DNA from: Cycas panzhihuaensis
Taxonomy: Eukaryota; Plantae; Cycadophyta
DNA length: 64,000 bases
Direction: 5' to 3'
NCBI GenBank assembly: GCA_023213395.1
Contig: CM041465.1
Coordinates: forward strand, 205,971,741-206,035,740
This document shows positions 62,193-64,000 of the stretch, one piece after another. Each line of letters begins with the position of its first letter. The first letter of the stretch is position 1. The notes beneath the pieces were generated by a model, which searched no databases, was not told where the DNA came from, and saw only the letters and a list, made by a program, of their open reading frames with translations. The position numbers and the translations under genes are program-made.

Positions 62193-63598
62193 ATGGTTGA
62201 ATTAAACGAAGCCAAAATGTCTGGATCAAGGTTTACAAAATTCGCGCAGTCAACCCTTTTACTCTCAAGAGCTTTGCAAAAACATATGGAAGAAGAGGTA
62301 GAGACTCCATTTGAAATTGGAGGACATCAAATTAGATGGAAAGTGTTGGATTCCCCCGTATTGCCCAAATGGTCAGAAGTAGAAGATCAGAATGCTCCAT
62401 TAAGAGTACATTTAACAGGCATAAGGGTCGTCCAAGTGGCATCATTTTCGATTTTTTCAAAAAATTCGAAGAGATTGCAAGACGTGCTACAAGGCTATAA
62501 TCCCACAGATCAAGTATTAACAAATAATGGGAGAATTATAAGAATGGACCCAGAGGATGTTGCAAGGTTAACGGGATTTCCAATGGAAGGACAAGAAGTA
62601 AAAAAAGTAGGAAACTTAACGTCTACGATGAAGGACCATATCATTCAAATGATATGTAGAAGAGAATTTCACACTAAGCATGGAGGACATGGCATTCCGG
62701 TGACACATCTTAAGACTACGAATGCAATGGTTGTTGTCGTGCTTATGTGTACAAGACTTCTAGGAGAACAATGTTGTAACGCGTTGCCTTGGTGGATAGC
62801 CTCGTATCTTCAAGGTCTGATGAGGGGGACAATTTACAATTGGTTTGCTTTCATCTCAAAAAAGCTAAAGACATCTTTACATCAACTTGTTATAGGGGGA
62901 CAATCAAGTTTTAATCTCACTATGTATTTATTGGGATATTTCATCTGCCAGGATTAGCAAAAAGTCCAACAATCTTGTTGCTCTCTACATTCTATAGGGA
63001 TTCTTCCACACTGAAGAAACTTTGTCCAAAGGTTTAGAAGGAAGGCACAACAAAACAAACAAAGATATGCATAGTTGTAATGGTACACAGAAAAGATGAA
63101 TCTTCAACTGCCTCTTCTAACGACTCTGATGAGGATTATATTGCAAATTACTCAGATCTCAACACGAGTGAGGAGGAGAATGAGGAAGTAGAAGCAGGCA
63201 ACGAGTCTATATTCCCTATTGATGAGGACACCCATATTGCAGCACCGGATCTGAACATTCCAGCATCTCCTACTGTAGAGAGTGAAGTAGAACAATGTGA
63301 ACTGCTTGGAGTATTAGGAGTGGATGTTCCACCCATGCTAGAACTAGAATTAGAGAAGCAACAAGAAGCAAGAACCTCCCCTAATCTACATATCATTAAA
63401 ACTCAACATGCATGCATGGTGAGTTCAATGGATGAATATCGAGCAATAGGAGAAGGTCAAGGATCATGCATGAAGAAGATTGAAGATAACTATCATAAAA
63501 TAGATAGTTATGATCAACTACAGAAGGACTTGTGGGAAACAAAGGAATTGTTGCAGAAAATGAAAGGTCAACAACAGAAGGACTTGAAGGACTTGTAG
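62193..63598 (+). CDS. G5 extra 3' ORF (PMD/Transposase_32-like 62193-62957, then acidic and coiled-coil part 63080-63598; interrupted)
   Basis: RMDPEDVARLTGFPMEG, HGIPVTHL, GTIYNWFAFISKKL; same position and motifs as G2 ORF. Confidence 0.62.
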
Positions 63599-63905
63599 GA
63601 AACAAAAGAATTATTATAGAAAAAGGAAGGGGAATGCAAGCAATTGCTAAAAAAAAAAGGAAATATACAATCGAGTGGTCAGTCACATCCAACGAATTAG
63701 TGCATTAGAAGAACATCTCCGTTAGAATGAGCTACTATAATGTGTTGAGGTGGTCAATTGTGAAAATCGCAAATGGCGGTACAAAGTAGGGTTGGACCCT
63801 CTATATTTGAAAAAATCTCCAGTTCTATGTCCAGGCACATCTTCAATTCTAGATCAGGCAGCACCTTCTAAGCGAGGCGCTCAGAGCTAAAAAGGGGTGG
63901 ATAGA

Positions 63906-64000
63906 TGTTGGGACCCATTTTTGTTAATAATGGGTAAATGTCGAATGTTGTGTTAAGAAAGAGGAATTAGTTAGGGCAAGAAGTTAGAAGTAGCTACCAG
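63906..64000 (+). repeat. G5 3' LTR (partial)
   Basis: Matches 54929 onward; preceded by PPT. Confidence 0.93.

Noticed and set aside
62193-63598. Calling the 3' ORFs envelope genes
   Set aside because: No signal peptide or convincing TM helix; motifs fit PMD/Transposase_32-like proteins better.

Overview
Repeat-saturated plant DNA with no intact host gene. The element types and decay suggest a large-genome vascular plant, possibly a gymnosperm or fern (inference). Almost all 64 kb resolves into nested retroelements, delimited by LTR pairs, PBS/PPT and target-site duplications. (1) An old Ty3/Gypsy G1 (-) is cut by Copia C0 at the left edge and hosts Copia C1 (2412-28698, TSD TGCAT). C1 hosts Copia C2 (6236-27334), which hosts a young Gypsy G2 (6485-16908, TSD CTCCC) and a full-length L1 LINE (17381-23037). 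(2) A decayed zone spans 29.4-34.9 kb. (3) An old Gypsy G3 (+) hosts Copia C3 (35180-40352, TSD AACAA) and a non-autonomous Copia derivative C4 (42307-46971). G3 is cut by a chromovirus G4 (-), which hosts Gypsy G5 (+, 54929 to window end). Most notable: two extra capsid-like domains between protease and RT in G2; PMD/Transposase_32-like 3' ORFs behind motif-rich spacers in G2 and G5; a sequence-divergent but position-conserved hairpin around the PPT of all four two-LTR Copia elements; and an antisense, apparently intron-containing cargo in C4. All counts were made by eye and no searches were run.
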